From assembly GCA_963676795.2 (NCBI GenBank), contig CAXXTB010000001.1:1024001-1088000 (forward strand): a stretch of 64,000 nt of DNA, in the 5' to 3' direction. The notes below the pieces were generated by a model. The model was given only the letters and a program-made list of their open reading frames with translations, searched no databases and was not told the origin of the DNA. The stretch is from Geopsychrobacteraceae bacterium. Lineage in GTDB: Bacteria; Desulfobacterota; Desulfuromonadia; Desulfuromonadales; Geopsychrobacteraceae. Shown piece by piece: positions 9,524 through 20,768 of this stretch. The position numbers were made by a program, and so were the translations under genes. Each line of letters opens with the position of its first letter. The first letter of the stretch is position 1.

Positions 9524-10570
9524 TTATACACTGTTCATAACGGTGTACTGTATTCCTACATAAATAAGATAGATTGCCAGCAGAATCCCCCCCTGCCAGC
9601 GATAGAAGCGGCCATGTCGATTGAAGGCGATAAAGAGCCGCATAGTATAAAGGATGATAAGCATTGTCGGAAAATGGAAATAAAAGAAATTACTTGGTAT
9701 TGCTAAGGATCTCGCTGTTGCGGCAGCACCGATGACAAATAGACAGTTCAGAATGTCGGCTCCGATGATATTCCCCACGACAATATCTGGATGTCCTTTG
9801 CGAATGGCCGTAATGGCTGTCATCAGTTCAGGGAGTGAGGTTCCGAAAGCGACCAGGGTTGCAGCTATGATATCCTCTGCGATACCGAAGCGAATGGCGA
9901 CTTCTGAGGCCGCCGGGATCAGCGTCCTTGCTCCGACAATGACCATAATGAGTCCGCCGATCAACATCAACCAGCACATCCACAGGCTGCTCAGTTCCTC
10001 TCTTTCAATTGCGGCATTATCATCTTCGTAGACCGGTTGTCTTTGCTTGGCAAAACGATAGGTAAAATACATGTAGCAGGCAAGCAGGATGAGAAAAAAT
10101 ACTCCCACGAAGCGTGGGATATATGGCGTTCCCACATAAACTGACTTGGAGACAAAAGAGATAATAACCAGCAGGGTTGCCGAGCCGACAAGGACCCAGC
10201 CTATTCGATTTAAAATAAACCGGTTTATTGCAACAGGGGCGAGTAGGCAGGTGAGTCCAAAAATTAACCCGCTGTCCGCAATGATAGATCCCACACCATT
10301 ACCCAAAGCCAGGCCAGGATTACCCATAAAAGCGGCAAGAACAGAGACGAAGGCTTCAGGCATCGTCGTTCCGAGAGAAACGATTGTCGCTCCAATGACG
10401 ACGCTTGGAATCTTGGTGCGTTGCGCCAATTGGACAACGCCATCGATCATCCAGTCGGCACCTTTGGAGAGGATCCCGATAGCAACCACGATAACGACCA
10501 GCAGGGCAAGCATCGGGAGCCCGGCCATAGCTTGTTGTAATGCAGTTTCATCTACAAAAAAGCGGATCAT
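9524..10570 (-). CDS. Calcium/sodium antiporter (YrbG/CaCA family)
   Basis: Two alpha repeats: GTTMPE...GNGVGS and GTSLPE...GNIIGA. Confidence 0.92.
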   Translation of the reverse strand: MIRFFVDETALQQAMAGLPMLALLVVIVVAIGILSKGADWMIDGVVQLAQRTKIPSVVIGATIVSLGTTMPEAFVSVLAAFMGNPGLALGNGVGSIIADSGLIFGLTCLLAPVAINRFILNRIGWVLVGSATLLVIISFVSKSVYVGTPYIPRFVGVFFLILLACYMYFTYRFAKQRQPVYEDDNAAIEREELSSLWMCWLMLIGGLIMVIVGARTLIPAASEVAIRFGIAEDIIAATLVAFGTSLPELMTAITAIRKGHPDIVVGNIIGADILNCLFVIGAAATARSLAIPSNFFYFHFPTMLIILYTMRLFIAFNRHGRFYRWQGGILLAIYLIYVGIQYTVMNSV

Positions 10571-11246
10571 ATTCTTCCTTGCCTTAGGCTACATAGCTGG
10601 TTAGTTAAGGTAGCATCATCCGTGATTCTGCTGGTCAATTGATCCTGCGTGGCTAGAGATTAGTCGGGCAACAAGATTAGTTGGCGGCTGTTTTGTGCCC
10701 TGTTTTCCTGCATGGACGGCAGTCTTTGGTTTTTCTGGTACTAGCAAAGCGTGCAATTGAACTTGAAAATGTTGGTCGGCAGACTGTCCCATTTAAATTC
10801 GAAAAGACGCTTTCAATTGGTGGTTCCTTTTCCAAGGGGCAGTGTTTTTACCAGGAAAGTAATCCGGCAAAAACACTGATAACCCCTGACTAGCAAAGAG
10901 CCATAAGTTGTGATGTGGCAGAATGTTTTTGTCCACTCGACAGGCTCTGTATATCATCGTCCAGTATTTCGATCTATTTACTAAATCCTTATAGGCGTTG
11001 CAAAAAAGTGAACGCTTTGCATGCTGAGTTCTTCTTGGTTTTATCTGGAAATTTGAAAAAAGTATTGGACGGTTGGTCTTTGAGCGGATGCATGCGCAGC
11101 GGGTTCGTTTGTCGAACAGCATCCGGAAAGAGTTGTCAGATCTTCTCCAGATGCTGTTGTCGGCGAACTGCACAGATAAGGGTGTTTAACGTTGGGACTG
11201 ATATTTCTGGTTTGTCTTGGTTGGGCTACCTTTTAGTGAAAAAATA

Positions 11247-11413
11247 GGAATCCCCCCGGCTTTGCCGGGGGACTCTAAAAGTTCTACTTTTGCGGGAGTA
11301 TGGATTCATACCTCGCTTATGTTTCTAAGTTTTTGACCTTGCGATTGCGTTAAAGCCCCTTTGAGGGACTAGCAATCGCCTAAAGCCCCCAGTTTGACTG
11401 GGGGATATTTACT
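11247..11413. mobile_element. Non-autonomous IS200/IS605-family remnant (both end hairpins, no tnpA)
   Basis: Left hairpin CCCCCGGCTTTGCCGGGGGACTC and right hairpin TAAAGCCCCCAGTTTGACTGGGGGATATTTACT, only about 165 bp apart. Confidence 0.65.
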
Positions 11414-12410
11414 TTAGCGCTTGAACTGCGGTAATGGCCGTTACGTTGACAATATCCTCAACAGAGCAGCCTCGAGATAGATCGTTAACTGGTTTCGCCA
11501 GCCCCTGGATGATTGGTCCGAGGGCTTCGGCTTTGGCAAACCGCTCAACAAGCTTATAGCCAATGTTGGCGGCATCGAGATCCGGGAAGATCAATGTGTT
11601 GGCTTGACCGGCAACGCTGGAACCGGGAGCTTTTTTGTCTGCGATCGAGGGAATCAGGGCGGCATCTGCCTGCAGTTCGCCGTCAATCGAGAGCTCTGGT
11701 GACATTTCTCTGGCAATTTTCAGTGCCTCAACGACTTTGTCGACGTCTGGATGACTGGCACTGCCCTTGGTCGAGAAATTAAGCATCGCGACACGGGCAT
11801 CGACCCCGAGGAAGCTTTTACAGCTGCTGGCTGTTGTGACGGCAATTTCTGCAAGTGCTGTTGCGTCAGGATTGGGATTAACGGCACAGTCTGCAAAGCA
11901 CAGTGTTCCATTTTCACCAAACTCGGGAGTCTTGGTGATCATAAGGAACAGCGAGGATACTGTTTTGATGTTAGGAGCAGTGCCAATGACCTGGAGGGCT
12001 GCACGCAGCACTGCGCCGGTTGTATTGTAGGCACCGGCTACTGCACCTCCTGCGTCACCTTTTCGGACCATCATGCAGCCGAAGAAGAGGTTGTCTTCGG
12101 CGGTTAGCATCGCCACGGCTTGTTCGCGAGTCAGTCCCTTTTTCTTCCGAAGGGCGACCAATTCATCAATATATGAGGGCAGCAAATCAGAGGCCTTCGG
12201 ATCGATGAGAATCACCCCGCAAAGAGAAACATTAAGCTCGCTGGCTTTGCTCAGCAGCGTCTCCGGCTCTCCAAGTAAAATGACATTGGCCAGTTTGTCT
12301 GCAACAATCTTTTCGGCGGCCTGGATCATGCGGTTGTCGTAGCCTTCCGGAAGAACGACGGTCCGCAGCTCGCTCCGAGCTTTGGATTTGATCTGATCGA
12401 TGAGATGCAT
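11409..12410 (-). CDS. pta: Phosphate acetyltransferase
   Basis: [38 protein letters not shown] and [10 protein letters not shown] motifs. Confidence 0.95.
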   Translation of the reverse strand: MHLIDQIKSKARSELRTVVLPEGYDNRMIQAAEKIVADKLANVILLGEPETLLSKASELNVSLCGVILIDPKASDLLPSYIDELVALRKKKGLTREQAVAMLTAEDNLFFGCMMVRKGDAGGAVAGAYNTTGAVLRAALQVIGTAPNIKTVSSLFLMITKTPEFGENGTLCFADCAVNPNPDATALAEIAVTTASSCKSFLGVDARVAMLNFSTKGSASHPDVDKVVEALKIAREMSPELSIDGELQADAALIPSIADKKAPGSSVAGQANTLIFPDLDAANIGYKLVERFAKAEALGPIIQGLAKPVNDLSRGCSVEDIVNVTAITAVQALK

Positions 12411-12638
12411 TCTTTCCTCCTGTTGATATTTGATGCTGATCATTCGCATCTAGTCAAAATAGCAAGGCAAATTCCCGGCTATTCATTGAGACATATTGAT
12501 GGCCTTGGCGAGTCGAAGATCGTCTTGGATAGCCATTGGGCTAAAATCAGGTGGAATCGCTAGGTTGCTTTCTCGCAGATTGTGAGTTTCTGCCTTATAG
12601 TTTTGCCCTATGTTTAGATCTGTCAAGAAGAAAAAACT

Positions 12639-12704
12639 GTTAGAAAATGTGTAACACCTATGAGGAATTAGTAAATGGCGTGTTGCTTGAAAGAGTGCTA
12701 TAGG
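12639..12704 (+). promoter_or_regulatory. Regulon promoter copy A (GTT-N11-AAC box, TRAGGAWTTAGTRAAT block, extended -10)
   Basis: Aligns without gaps to 17110, 36619 and 40519. Confidence 0.75.
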
Positions 12705-13016
12705 GATTTTATTCCATGCACTGGAATGGCTGCTGTTGATAGTGCTTCTGTTGCTGTTACTGATAAAAATTTACTTTTCTTGAAGGTCTTTAATTGTTTC
12801 TTTGTGGTTTTAACCCTCTAGTGAAAGGCAGGTCGAGACTATCATCAGGCAAAACTTCAATGTCTATGGTGATAACTTGTTTATCGCAAAAGCTTTTTAT
12901 ATGCGTTACTGGTTTTGATGTTGAGAAGTTAGAGCTAGATAATTTTAGTATGGTTCACTCTGGAATTTGCAACTAATCAGTGTTTACAAAACGATGGAAC
13001 GTTGATAGGAGTGCAT

Positions 13017-14222
13017 ATGAATGAAGTTGTCATTGTCGAAGCCTGCCGTACTGCGGTTGGAACATTCGGCGGAACACTCAAACCTCTTCAGGCTGAAGAT
13101 CTTGCCCAGGCTGTGATGAAAGGGGCCATTGAGCGCAGTGGCATAGATCCGAAGCTGATCGATGAAGTGATCATGGGGCAGTGTCGTCAGACTTCTGATT
13201 GTTCCAATATTGCCCGTGTTGCTGCCCTGCGCGCCGGGATTCCGGAAGAAACTCCTGCTAATACCGTGATGTGCGCCTGTGCCTCCGGGATGCTGGCTGC
13301 CAGCAACGCGGCTAATGCCATCATGGTGGGGCAGTACGATATTGCTCTTGCCGGCGGAACCGAGCACATGACCAACGGGATCTTCTATCTGAGCAATGCC
13401 CGCTGGGGCGTTGGCACCGGGACTACCGAGATGAAAGACAGTTTGACCGAGGCCCAGTTCACCTCCCAGCCGCAAGAAATCTATGGGCGCTTCAATATGG
13501 GGATGACAGCCGAGAATGTTGCCGACATGATGAATATCTCCCGTGAGGATCAGGATGCTTTCGCCCAGATCTCTCAGGAGCGTGCCGCCAGGGCGATTGC
13601 CGCGGGACGTTTCAAGGATGAGATCATTCCGTTGAGTGTTCCTCAGGGGCGCAAGAAAGATCCGATCATCTTTGATACGGACGAGTTCCCGCGTCTCTCG
13701 AGTCTTGAGGCTCTGGCCAAGCTAAAGCCTGCCTTTAAGAAGGATGGCGGAACCGTCACTGCTGGTAATGCGTCTGGGCGCAATGATGGGGCTTCCATTC
13801 TGCTGCTGATGAGGGCAGATAAGGCCGCCCGGCTTGGTATGGAACCTTTGGCCAAGCTTCGTGGTATCGCCTCTGCAGGTGTTGACCCTCGCTATATGGG
13901 GATGGGGCCGGTTCCCGCGACCCGCAAGGTTCTCAAGATGACGGGTTTGACCCTTGAGGATATCGAACTGATCGAACTCAATGAGGCCTTTGCCGCCCAA
14001 TCGTTAGGTTGTATCCGCGAGCTTGGCATTGAGGATAGAATGGACATTATCAACGTCAACGGCGGCGCTATCGCTCTTGGTCATCCAATCGGATCGTCCG
14101 GTAGTCGGATCATGGTCTCGCTGATCCACGAGATGCGCAAGCGCAATAACAGCATGGGCCTTGCTACCCTATGTATCGCTGGTGGCATGGGAATGGCCGC
14201 GGTTCTTGAATTGATCTGCTGA
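13017..14222 (+). CDS. Acetyl-CoA C-acetyltransferase (thiolase)
   Basis: CASG nucleophile, NEAFAAQ, GHPIG and CIAGG motifs. Confidence 0.95.
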   Translation: MNEVVIVEACRTAVGTFGGTLKPLQAEDLAQAVMKGAIERSGIDPKLIDEVIMGQCRQTSDCSNIARVAALRAGIPEETPANTVMCACASGMLAASNAANAIMVGQYDIALAGGTEHMTNGIFYLSNARWGVGTGTTEMKDSLTEAQFTSQPQEIYGRFNMGMTAENVADMMNISREDQDAFAQISQERAARAIAAGRFKDEIIPLSVPQGRKKDPIIFDTDEFPRLSSLEALAKLKPAFKKDGGTVTAGNASGRNDGASILLLMRADKAARLGMEPLAKLRGIASAGVDPRYMGMGPVPATRKVLKMTGLTLEDIELIELNEAFAAQSLGCIRELGIEDRMDIINVNGGAIALGHPIGSSGSRIMVSLIHEMRKRNNSMGLATLCIAGGMGMAAVLELIC

Positions 14223-14328
14223 GATTGAGGCTTCCTGTTACTATCCTCTGCCACACTTTTCTCACGATCTGTAGATTTAGAACCCAAGACCGTCTGTAGT
14301 GCATGAGAGGGTAGGAGTTTTTATCTGA

Positions 14329-15594
14329 ATGGATACTGGTCTGACCAAAATTTTTCTGGGTTTCGCTTGTCCCGCTGCGGCTGCAGGTCTGTCCAATATT
14401 TGTGTATCGGAAGATCCTGGAAAGCATTTCCTTTATGTCGGAAACCGGGTCGAAAAACCCTCTTCCTGGGAGGCCGGGGCCCCGGTTGGTAAGGGGGTTG
14501 GGATCTTCCAGTTCGATCCGAGCAACGGGAGTCTACAGTTTATCAAGTCTGTCTTTGAGACTATCAGTGTCGGAGAGATGTGTATCGATCCGGGACGTAA
14601 TATCCTTTACGCTGTTGATGAAGTGATGACCCTTCCAGGTTTTGTCAAAGGGGGCGGGGGGACTGTCTATGCTTTTTTAATCGATCCTGAGACCGGGGAT
14701 CTGACGGAAATTAATCGCCAGCCAAGCTTCGGTTCGTTGCCGAGTCATCTAGCCATCGATAAAGAGGGAAATTATCTGATAGTTACTCATCACACGGGGA
14801 ATGCACCAGTCACCAAGACGGTCAGGGATGAAGCTGGTAAATTTCGGCTTGTAACAGAATACGATGATGCAACTACGGTTCTTTTTCGATTGAATGGTGA
14901 TGGGTCGATAGCTGATCCCTGCGATGTTGTCATTCACTCTGGAGGTGGCCCGGATGCTGAACAAACTCATCCACGAGTCCATTCAGTTGTTCGTGCTCCG
15001 GGGATAAATCTGTTTGCTGTATGCGACAAGGGGAGTGATGCTTTTTTTATCTATCGTATCAATCGTGATGCAGGGAAACTCGAAGTTTGTGCCGATGGCC
15101 CTTTGAAAACTCCGCCTGGCAGTTTGCCACGAAGCAGCGCTTTTCATCCTATCCGTCCTTATCTTTATCTGAATTTTGAGGGACAACCGATCATTGCTGC
15201 GTATCGCTATGATAATGACGGAGCTCTCAGGCTGATCGATAAGTTGAAGGTTGTCGCAGATGACTTGCAACTTGGTCGAAAAGATATGCAATCCGATATC
15301 AAAGTTCATCCTTTCGGAAAATATCTTTACACCTTGATACGTGAAATTAATTCCGTTTCAGTTTTTAAGATAAAAGAACAAACCGGTGAGCTAAAGAGAA
15401 TCCAGACCCTTCAGGTTTCCAGTTTTCATCCACGCAGTTTGGAGTTTTCTCCTGACGGGAAATTTATGGTGATTGCGGCACCTAAAAGTGAAGAAGTTGT
15501 TGTCTGGGCCATTGACTCTGATGGGACAGTTTCACCGACCAACGTCAAAGCCTGTCAGCCGAGCCCTGGTAATGCAAAGTTTATTTCGTTGTAA
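14329..15594 (+). CDS. Lactonase, 6-phosphogluconolactonase (Pgl/YbhE)-like beta-propeller
   Basis: Repeated beta-propeller blades; HPRVHSV, PGSLPRSSAFHP and HPRSLEFSPDGK motifs. Confidence 0.8.
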   Translation: MDTGLTKIFLGFACPAAAAGLSNICVSEDPGKHFLYVGNRVEKPSSWEAGAPVGKGVGIFQFDPSNGSLQFIKSVFETISVGEMCIDPGRNILYAVDEVMTLPGFVKGGGGTVYAFLIDPETGDLTEINRQPSFGSLPSHLAIDKEGNYLIVTHHTGNAPVTKTVRDEAGKFRLVTEYDDATTVLFRLNGDGSIADPCDVVIHSGGGPDAEQTHPRVHSVVRAPGINLFAVCDKGSDAFFIYRINRDAGKLEVCADGPLKTPPGSLPRSSAFHPIRPYLYLNFEGQPIIAAYRYDNDGALRLIDKLKVVADDLQLGRKDMQSDIKVHPFGKYLYTLIREINSVSVFKIKEQTGELKRIQTLQVSSFHPRSLEFSPDGKFMVIAAPKSEEVVVWAIDSDGTVSPTNVKACQPSPGNAKFISL

Positions 15595-15727
15595 ATGATT
15601 TTGCTGGCTGCTGGATTGAGTTCCGGTTCTCTGAAGAGACTGTTCGGAACCTTGTCCCCTGCCTTTCGTTCAATATTGCCTCCACCGATTTGATTTCTCC
15701 CATACTTCATTGGAGAAAGTTGGCTCA

Positions 15728-16972
15728 ATGATCCATAAAAATATTTTCTACGGGTGGTGGGTTCTTGCGGTGTGCATGGTGCTCAGTTTTTATGTCGCTG
15801 GAACCACCGCATATGGTTTTACGGCTCTGTTTGAGCCACTTATCGCATCATTTGGATGGAGCTATACGCAAATCTCTCTGGCGGCGAGCCTGCGTGGAAT
15901 GGAAATGGGGATTTTTGCGCCGATGGTTGGCTGGCTGGTCGATCGCTACGGCTCTAGGCGCTTGATTATTTTTGGTATTCCTATTATGAGCTGCGGTTTT
16001 TTCCTCATGGGGGCGACACAGAACCTCCTGATGTTCTATGTCGCGATGTTTATCATCTCCTTAGGCAAGGGGGCCTGCGCTTCTGTTGTTACAATGTCTG
16101 CCGTGGCAAACTGGTTTCATAAGAAAATCGGTTTTGCGCTAGGGATTCTCGCTTCAGGTTTCGGGCTTAGTGGTCTGGCTATCCCCCTGATCGTCTGGTT
16201 GATTGATGTCTATGGCTGGCGTGCGGCTCTCTACGTGCTGGGCTGTAGTACTCTCATTGTTGGGGTTCCGATAGTATTAATCGTCAGAAACAGGCCGGAG
16301 GATTGTGGCCTGAATCCCGATGGCGTCTCTTCTGTAGAGCAGAGTTCTTCAACGAAAAAAGCTGCTGGCAGAGGGGATGATAAGCATAAGAAAAAGGGAT
16401 TTTATCGAGAGGCCTTCCGCAACCCTTCTTTTGTCGTCCTGTGTGTCACAGAAACCGTCAGGATTTGTGTCATGTCTTCTGTGATGATCCATATCATGCC
16501 TTATCTGGCATCGCGTGGAATTGATCGGGTAACCGCCGGCTTGATTGCTGGAGCTATTCCTCTCGTGAGTGTTGTTGGACGTTTTTCTTTTGGCTGGTTG
16601 AGTGATTTGCTTGAGAAGCGTTGGCTTATGGCAGCAGTTCTTTGTTTGACCAGTGCCGGTTTGATAGCTCTGAATTTTATCAGTGATACCGGGATGCTGT
16701 TTGCCTTTTTGGTCTTGTTTCCGATTGGCACTGGCGGAGGAATGGTGCTGAGAGGGACCATTGTTCGTGAATATTTTGGGCGCAATAATTTTGGTAAAAC
16801 TATTGGGATGGTTATGGGAATTTCGGCCTGGGGAGGTGTCATCGGCCCCACATTGGCTGGGGTGATCTATGATTTGAGCAACAGCTATTCCAAGGTCTGG
16901 ATCAGCTACGCCTTGCTTATGGCACTCGCGATCCTGTTGGTTCGTTTTTTTCGCGCACCGTGCGGTTCCTAG
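15728..16972 (+). CDS. MFS transporter (monocarboxylate/OFA-like)
   Basis: FYGWWV N-terminus, GWLVDRYGSRR motif A, EYFGRNNFGK. Confidence 0.9.
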   Translation: MIHKNIFYGWWVLAVCMVLSFYVAGTTAYGFTALFEPLIASFGWSYTQISLAASLRGMEMGIFAPMVGWLVDRYGSRRLIIFGIPIMSCGFFLMGATQNLLMFYVAMFIISLGKGACASVVTMSAVANWFHKKIGFALGILASGFGLSGLAIPLIVWLIDVYGWRAALYVLGCSTLIVGVPIVLIVRNRPEDCGLNPDGVSSVEQSSSTKKAAGRGDDKHKKKGFYREAFRNPSFVVLCVTETVRICVMSSVMIHIMPYLASRGIDRVTAGLIAGAIPLVSVVGRFSFGWLSDLLEKRWLMAAVLCLTSAGLIALNFISDTGMLFAFLVLFPIGTGGGMVLRGTIVREYFGRNNFGKTIGMVMGISAWGGVIGPTLAGVIYDLSNSYSKVWISYALLMALAILLVRFFRAPCGS

Positions 16973-17109
16973 CTCTGCTTCAACGGAGCGGTCTTTATTG
17001 ATCGCCATCTATTTTGTTCTCGTCCCGGAAAATTTATTCCTGTCTCCAACTTTTAAGTTCTCATCAGCGGCAGCGCGGTTATTTTCTCTACACAAACATT
17101 TAATTGGGC

Positions 17110-17175
17110 GTTCGATAAAATGCAACACCTATAAGGATTTAGTGAATAGATTGGAATACTGACCGGTGTTATAAA
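17110..17175 (+). promoter_or_regulatory. Regulon promoter copy B
   Basis: GTT-cgataaaatgc-AAC, then TAAGGATTTAGTGAATAGAT, then GTGTTATAAA. Confidence 0.8.
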
Positions 17176-17264
17176 CACTCAAGCATCAGTTTTTTGGAGG
17201 GCCAGCGCGAATACAGGTCGATGATTCATTTTGAAATTGACCTTTTTGTTTCGAAACAGTTTTG

Positions 17265-17278
17265 TGTTCTTTGACAAT
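17265..17278 (+). promoter_or_regulatory. boxA-like element in a long 5' leader
   Basis: TGTTCTTTGACAAT; a near-identical element with shared flanks occurs at 36934. Confidence 0.45.
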
Positions 17279-17695
17279 GGATGTTTCGTTGACTTTGGTA
17301 GATTCTTCTACTTCTTTGAATGTTTATACTCTGTTACTAAACTCTGTTTACTTTTTTATTATCTCCTATATTTTTAAGCTTACCTCTCTGAACCTACCAA
17401 TTGGCCAGTTTTGACATCTTGTTGATTCTGGATAAACACCACTTTCCCCAACCGGCAAGTCAAGCCCTTAATTCAACGAAACGAGACATTGGATCTGTTG
17501 GTCCGATGCGTCCATTTTTTAAAGATGGATGAAGAATAGTAAAAGGTTTGTCGCATTGATTTTCTATGGCTTGGAATGCGGAAGAGGAGTTGAAAGGTAT
17601 AATGTTGATTTCGTAACGAGATAGGCGGAGCAGCTTAGAACAGTGAGGTTTTGGGCTGTAGTTGGCAATTAACATTAAACAAGGGAGAAAGAGGT

Positions 17696-18712
17696 ATGCA
17701 GAAACTGAACGTGTTGAGGTTGTCTGGTTTTCGAGTCCTGTGTATGGCTACGGCTGTTTTGTCTCTGGGAATGATGTTGGATGCCGGCCAGGCATTGGCT
17801 GTCAAATTGAAAATGGGGACTGTCTGGCAGACATCAGGGTCTTATCCTGGGTATGTAGCCGTAAGGGATGCGATCGTCAAGGGGAACCCTGATTTTCAGG
17901 TTGCTGTCGTCGAATCTGGCGGGGCTGTCATGACTGAAGAGGCGACTGCCAAAGGTCAGGTTGATTTCGGCAATTCGGATGCTCCTGATCTGTACATGAA
18001 GTACAACGGAATTGAAAAATACCAAGGCCAGAAGCCTGCAAAAAATCTTCGGATACTCTGGGTTAATCAGCATCGTCCAAACACCATCTTTGTCCTTGAG
18101 AAGAGCGGCATTAAATCCATTGAGGAGTTGGATGGCCAATCTTATGGTGTTCTGATCGGTTCAATCGTTGGTGATACTTTCCGTTATATCATGGATCTGA
18201 ATGGCATCAAGCCGAAGTATTTTCCGGGCGAACCTGGTGCCTTGTCTGACGCCGTTGAAAATAACAAGATTTGGGGCTATTGCAAATCCGGTGATAAAGA
18301 ATCTTCAATTACCCGGATTGCGTTGAGTGAGCCTATTACGCTTCTGCCATTAAGCGATGAGGTTCTTGAAAAAGTTCGCAAGGCAAATCCTGCATACCGT
18401 AAATCAATCATTAAAGCTGGCAGCTACCCCGGACAGACCGAGGATGTTCAGACCTGGACCTCGGCCTCCTATATTTCGGGTCGCGACGATATTCCCGAAG
18501 ATGTTGTCTATAAAATGATCAAGGCTGTACATGAGAACGCAAAAGACATTCGTAAGGCTGCCGGAGCAAACTACTTCCAGCTTGTGGAACAATTGACACA
18601 GGCGACCGTTGACTATGCTTCAATTCCTCTGCATCCGGGGAGTATCAAGTACCTGAGGGAGCAGGGCGTTGATATTCCAGATGAGCTGATTCCGCCAGAA
18701 ATGAAGATGTAA
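17696..18712 (+). CDS. TAXI family TRAP transporter solute-binding subunit
   Basis: Signal peptide; ESGGAV, SGIKSIEEL, IKAGSYPG, EDVVYKMIKA and IPLHPG motifs. Confidence 0.92.
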   Translation: MQKLNVLRLSGFRVLCMATAVLSLGMMLDAGQALAVKLKMGTVWQTSGSYPGYVAVRDAIVKGNPDFQVAVVESGGAVMTEEATAKGQVDFGNSDAPDLYMKYNGIEKYQGQKPAKNLRILWVNQHRPNTIFVLEKSGIKSIEELDGQSYGVLIGSIVGDTFRYIMDLNGIKPKYFPGEPGALSDAVENNKIWGYCKSGDKESSITRIALSEPITLLPLSDEVLEKVRKANPAYRKSIIKAGSYPGQTEDVQTWTSASYISGRDDIPEDVVYKMIKAVHENAKDIRKAAGANYFQLVEQLTQATVDYASIPLHPGSIKYLREQGVDIPDELIPPEMKM

Positions 18713-18734
18713 GCGATTAGATGCAGTTTTTTTC

Positions 18735-18776
18735 TGTGGCTGGTCTCAGCTGCGAATAAGCCTGTGGCCAGCCACA
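18735..18776 (+). other. Intercistronic stem-loop after the solute-binding gene
   Basis: TGTGGCTGG...CCAGCCACA inverted repeat with no 3' U-tract; may stabilise the mRNA. Confidence 0.4.
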
Positions 18777-18786
18777 TTGTAGTCGA

Positions 18787-20718
18787 ATGCACGGAAAGGG
18801 AGATGTCGTGAGAACGCTAAAGCAACCATGGAAGAACATCATGTCCACCCTGGCAGTCATGTGGGTCCTGTTCTTTCTCTATATTGGTTTTGCAGGGGAG
18901 TTGCATACTTTTCTGCAGGTACCTTTGTGTTTGATGGCCGGTATTTTTTACGTCTATGTCTATTTTCCGCTCAGGCCTTTGAAGACACCAGAGCAGAAAG
19001 CCATTCCTTCCGTTCCTGCCTGGTATGACCTGATTATCATTCTGGTCGGATGGGGTATTTGTATCTACGTTATGTCCAACAGGATGGATTTTATATTCAA
19101 TCCTCACATCTGGCATCAGTATGAGGTTTATATGTCCGTTGTCCTCTTTGCCATCATTTTTGAGGGCTCACGGAGGTCGATGGGGTGGGTTATTCCTCTC
19201 ATTGCTGTCTTTATGTGCTTCTATGCGTTTATCTTGGGCGATTACCTGCCTGGACGCTGGTGGTTCGGTGGCGTTGATATCCAAAGTGTTTTTGCCAACA
19301 GATTCCTTCGTAGCGACATGGGGTATTGGGGAACCCTGCCTAAACTTGCCTGCGTCATGATGCCGCTCTTCCTCGTCTTCGGTCCGATTCTTTTCAGCAC
19401 CGGGGCCGGTGAGCTGTTCATGCAGATTGCCTCCATTATCGGTAACCGGATGCGTGGCGGTGCCGCGCAGGTTTCCATTATTTCGAGCGCCCTGTTCGGA
19501 ACGATCTCTGGTGCCGCAGTTGCCAATACCGCAACAACCGGCACCATGACTATCCCGACAATGAAAGCTGCCGGCTTCAGCCCTGAGCAGGCTGCAGCGA
19601 TCGAATCATCCGCCTCTGCCGGTGGCCAGATCATGCCGCCAATCATGGGAGCTACGGCCTTTCTGATGGCGGAATTCCTTGCCGTCGAGTATACCCGCGT
19701 CGCTCTGGCCGCACTGCTGCCGGCAATCGTCTACTTCTTTGCCGTGGCCACAACCATCTATCTGATGGCCCGCAGAAAAGGGATGGAGAAACCACCCAAA
19801 GAAAGTATTCCGAAGGCTAAAGAACTCTTAAACCCTCGCCGTATCTGCCAGGTTATTGTTCCGATGGGGATTTTGATCGGAATGATGGTTGAAGGCTTCA
19901 CCGCCGAATATTCATGTGCCTATGCGCTGACTGCAGGGATTCTTCTCAACCTGTTCTGGTCCGACCAGAGCTGGAAAGAAAGAATTGTCAACCTGATCAA
20001 AGGCGTGGAAAACGGTATCAAGACAATCGCCTGGCTGCTGTTAAGTCTCGTTCTGTTACAGACGACGGTTTCTCTCCTGGGCTATTCCGGTCTTGGCCTG
20101 AACTTCTCGGCGACTATTTTCAGCGTTGGCAGTTCTTCCATGTTGCTTGCAATGATTCTGACTGCTGTCATCGTCTTGATACTTGGTCTGGGTCTCAACA
20201 CCACGGCATCATATGTCATCGCTTTTTCGGTTCTCGGTGTGCCGCTGGCCGATCTGGGATTTGATCCGTTTTCAATCAATTTCTTCATTCTCTACTATGC
20301 AGTTCTGAGCACGATTTCGCCTCCAGTCTGTAATTGTGTCTTTATTGCGGCTTCGATTGCGGGAGCGAAATGGATGAGGGCTGGCTGGTTGACGTGTCTT
20401 GTCGCACTCTCGGCCTTTTTGCTGCCCTTTTCCTTCGCGTTCGATCCCGGTTTGTTCATGGTTGGGACGCCTCTAGGAATAGCCAAGTCGTTCATTACCG
20501 CCATGTTGTCCGTCGGGCTCCTCAGTATCGTGACAATGGGCTTTTTCTTCAGGCGAGCAACAATCATTGAACGAGTCGTTTTTGCCGTTGCCGCTGTACT
20601 GTTGCTGTTTCCAGATCCCATATATGAAGGAATGGGGTTTGTTGTTGGCCTCCTGATGGCTGTCTATCACATATATACGGTTAAGGCTAACAGCCAAGTA
20701 GCTGAGTGTGAAGTGTGA
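18787..20718 (+). CDS. TRAP transporter fused 4TM/12TM permease
   Basis: SSALFGTISGAAVAN, GGQIMPPIMGATAFLMAE and ISPPV motifs. Confidence 0.93.
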   Translation: MHGKGDVVRTLKQPWKNIMSTLAVMWVLFFLYIGFAGELHTFLQVPLCLMAGIFYVYVYFPLRPLKTPEQKAIPSVPAWYDLIIILVGWGICIYVMSNRMDFIFNPHIWHQYEVYMSVVLFAIIFEGSRRSMGWVIPLIAVFMCFYAFILGDYLPGRWWFGGVDIQSVFANRFLRSDMGYWGTLPKLACVMMPLFLVFGPILFSTGAGELFMQIASIIGNRMRGGAAQVSIISSALFGTISGAAVANTATTGTMTIPTMKAAGFSPEQAAAIESSASAGGQIMPPIMGATAFLMAEFLAVEYTRVALAALLPAIVYFFAVATTIYLMARRKGMEKPPKESIPKAKELLNPRRICQVIVPMGILIGMMVEGFTAEYSCAYALTAGILLNLFWSDQSWKERIVNLIKGVENGIKTIAWLLLSLVLLQTTVSLLGYSGLGLNFSATIFSVGSSSMLLAMILTAVIVLILGLGLNTTASYVIAFSVLGVPLADLGFDPFSINFFILYYAVLSTISPPVCNCVFIAASIAGAKWMRAGWLTCLVALSAFLLPFSFAFDPGLFMVGTPLGIAKSFITAMLSVGLLSIVTMGFFFRRATIIERVVFAVAAVLLLFPDPIYEGMGFVVGLLMAVYHIYTVKANSQVAECEV

Positions 20719-20768
20719 AGTTTAGTTCGGGAGCATTAGATAAACTTTCATTCGAAAAGGAGATATTT

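Noticed and set aside
10580..11240. ORFs 10793..11173 and 10915..11247, and a GGCAAA...GCAAAG stretch near 10865 resembling a c-di-GMP-I riboswitch
   Set aside because: The ORFs lack an RBS and protein-like composition; the riboswitch stems and GNRA loop cannot be formed. An Rfam scan would settle it.
14217..14228. Cys-TGA at the thiolase end as a possible C-terminal Sec
   Set aside because: The thiolase is already full length, a second TGA follows one codon later and no SECIS-like hairpin is seen.
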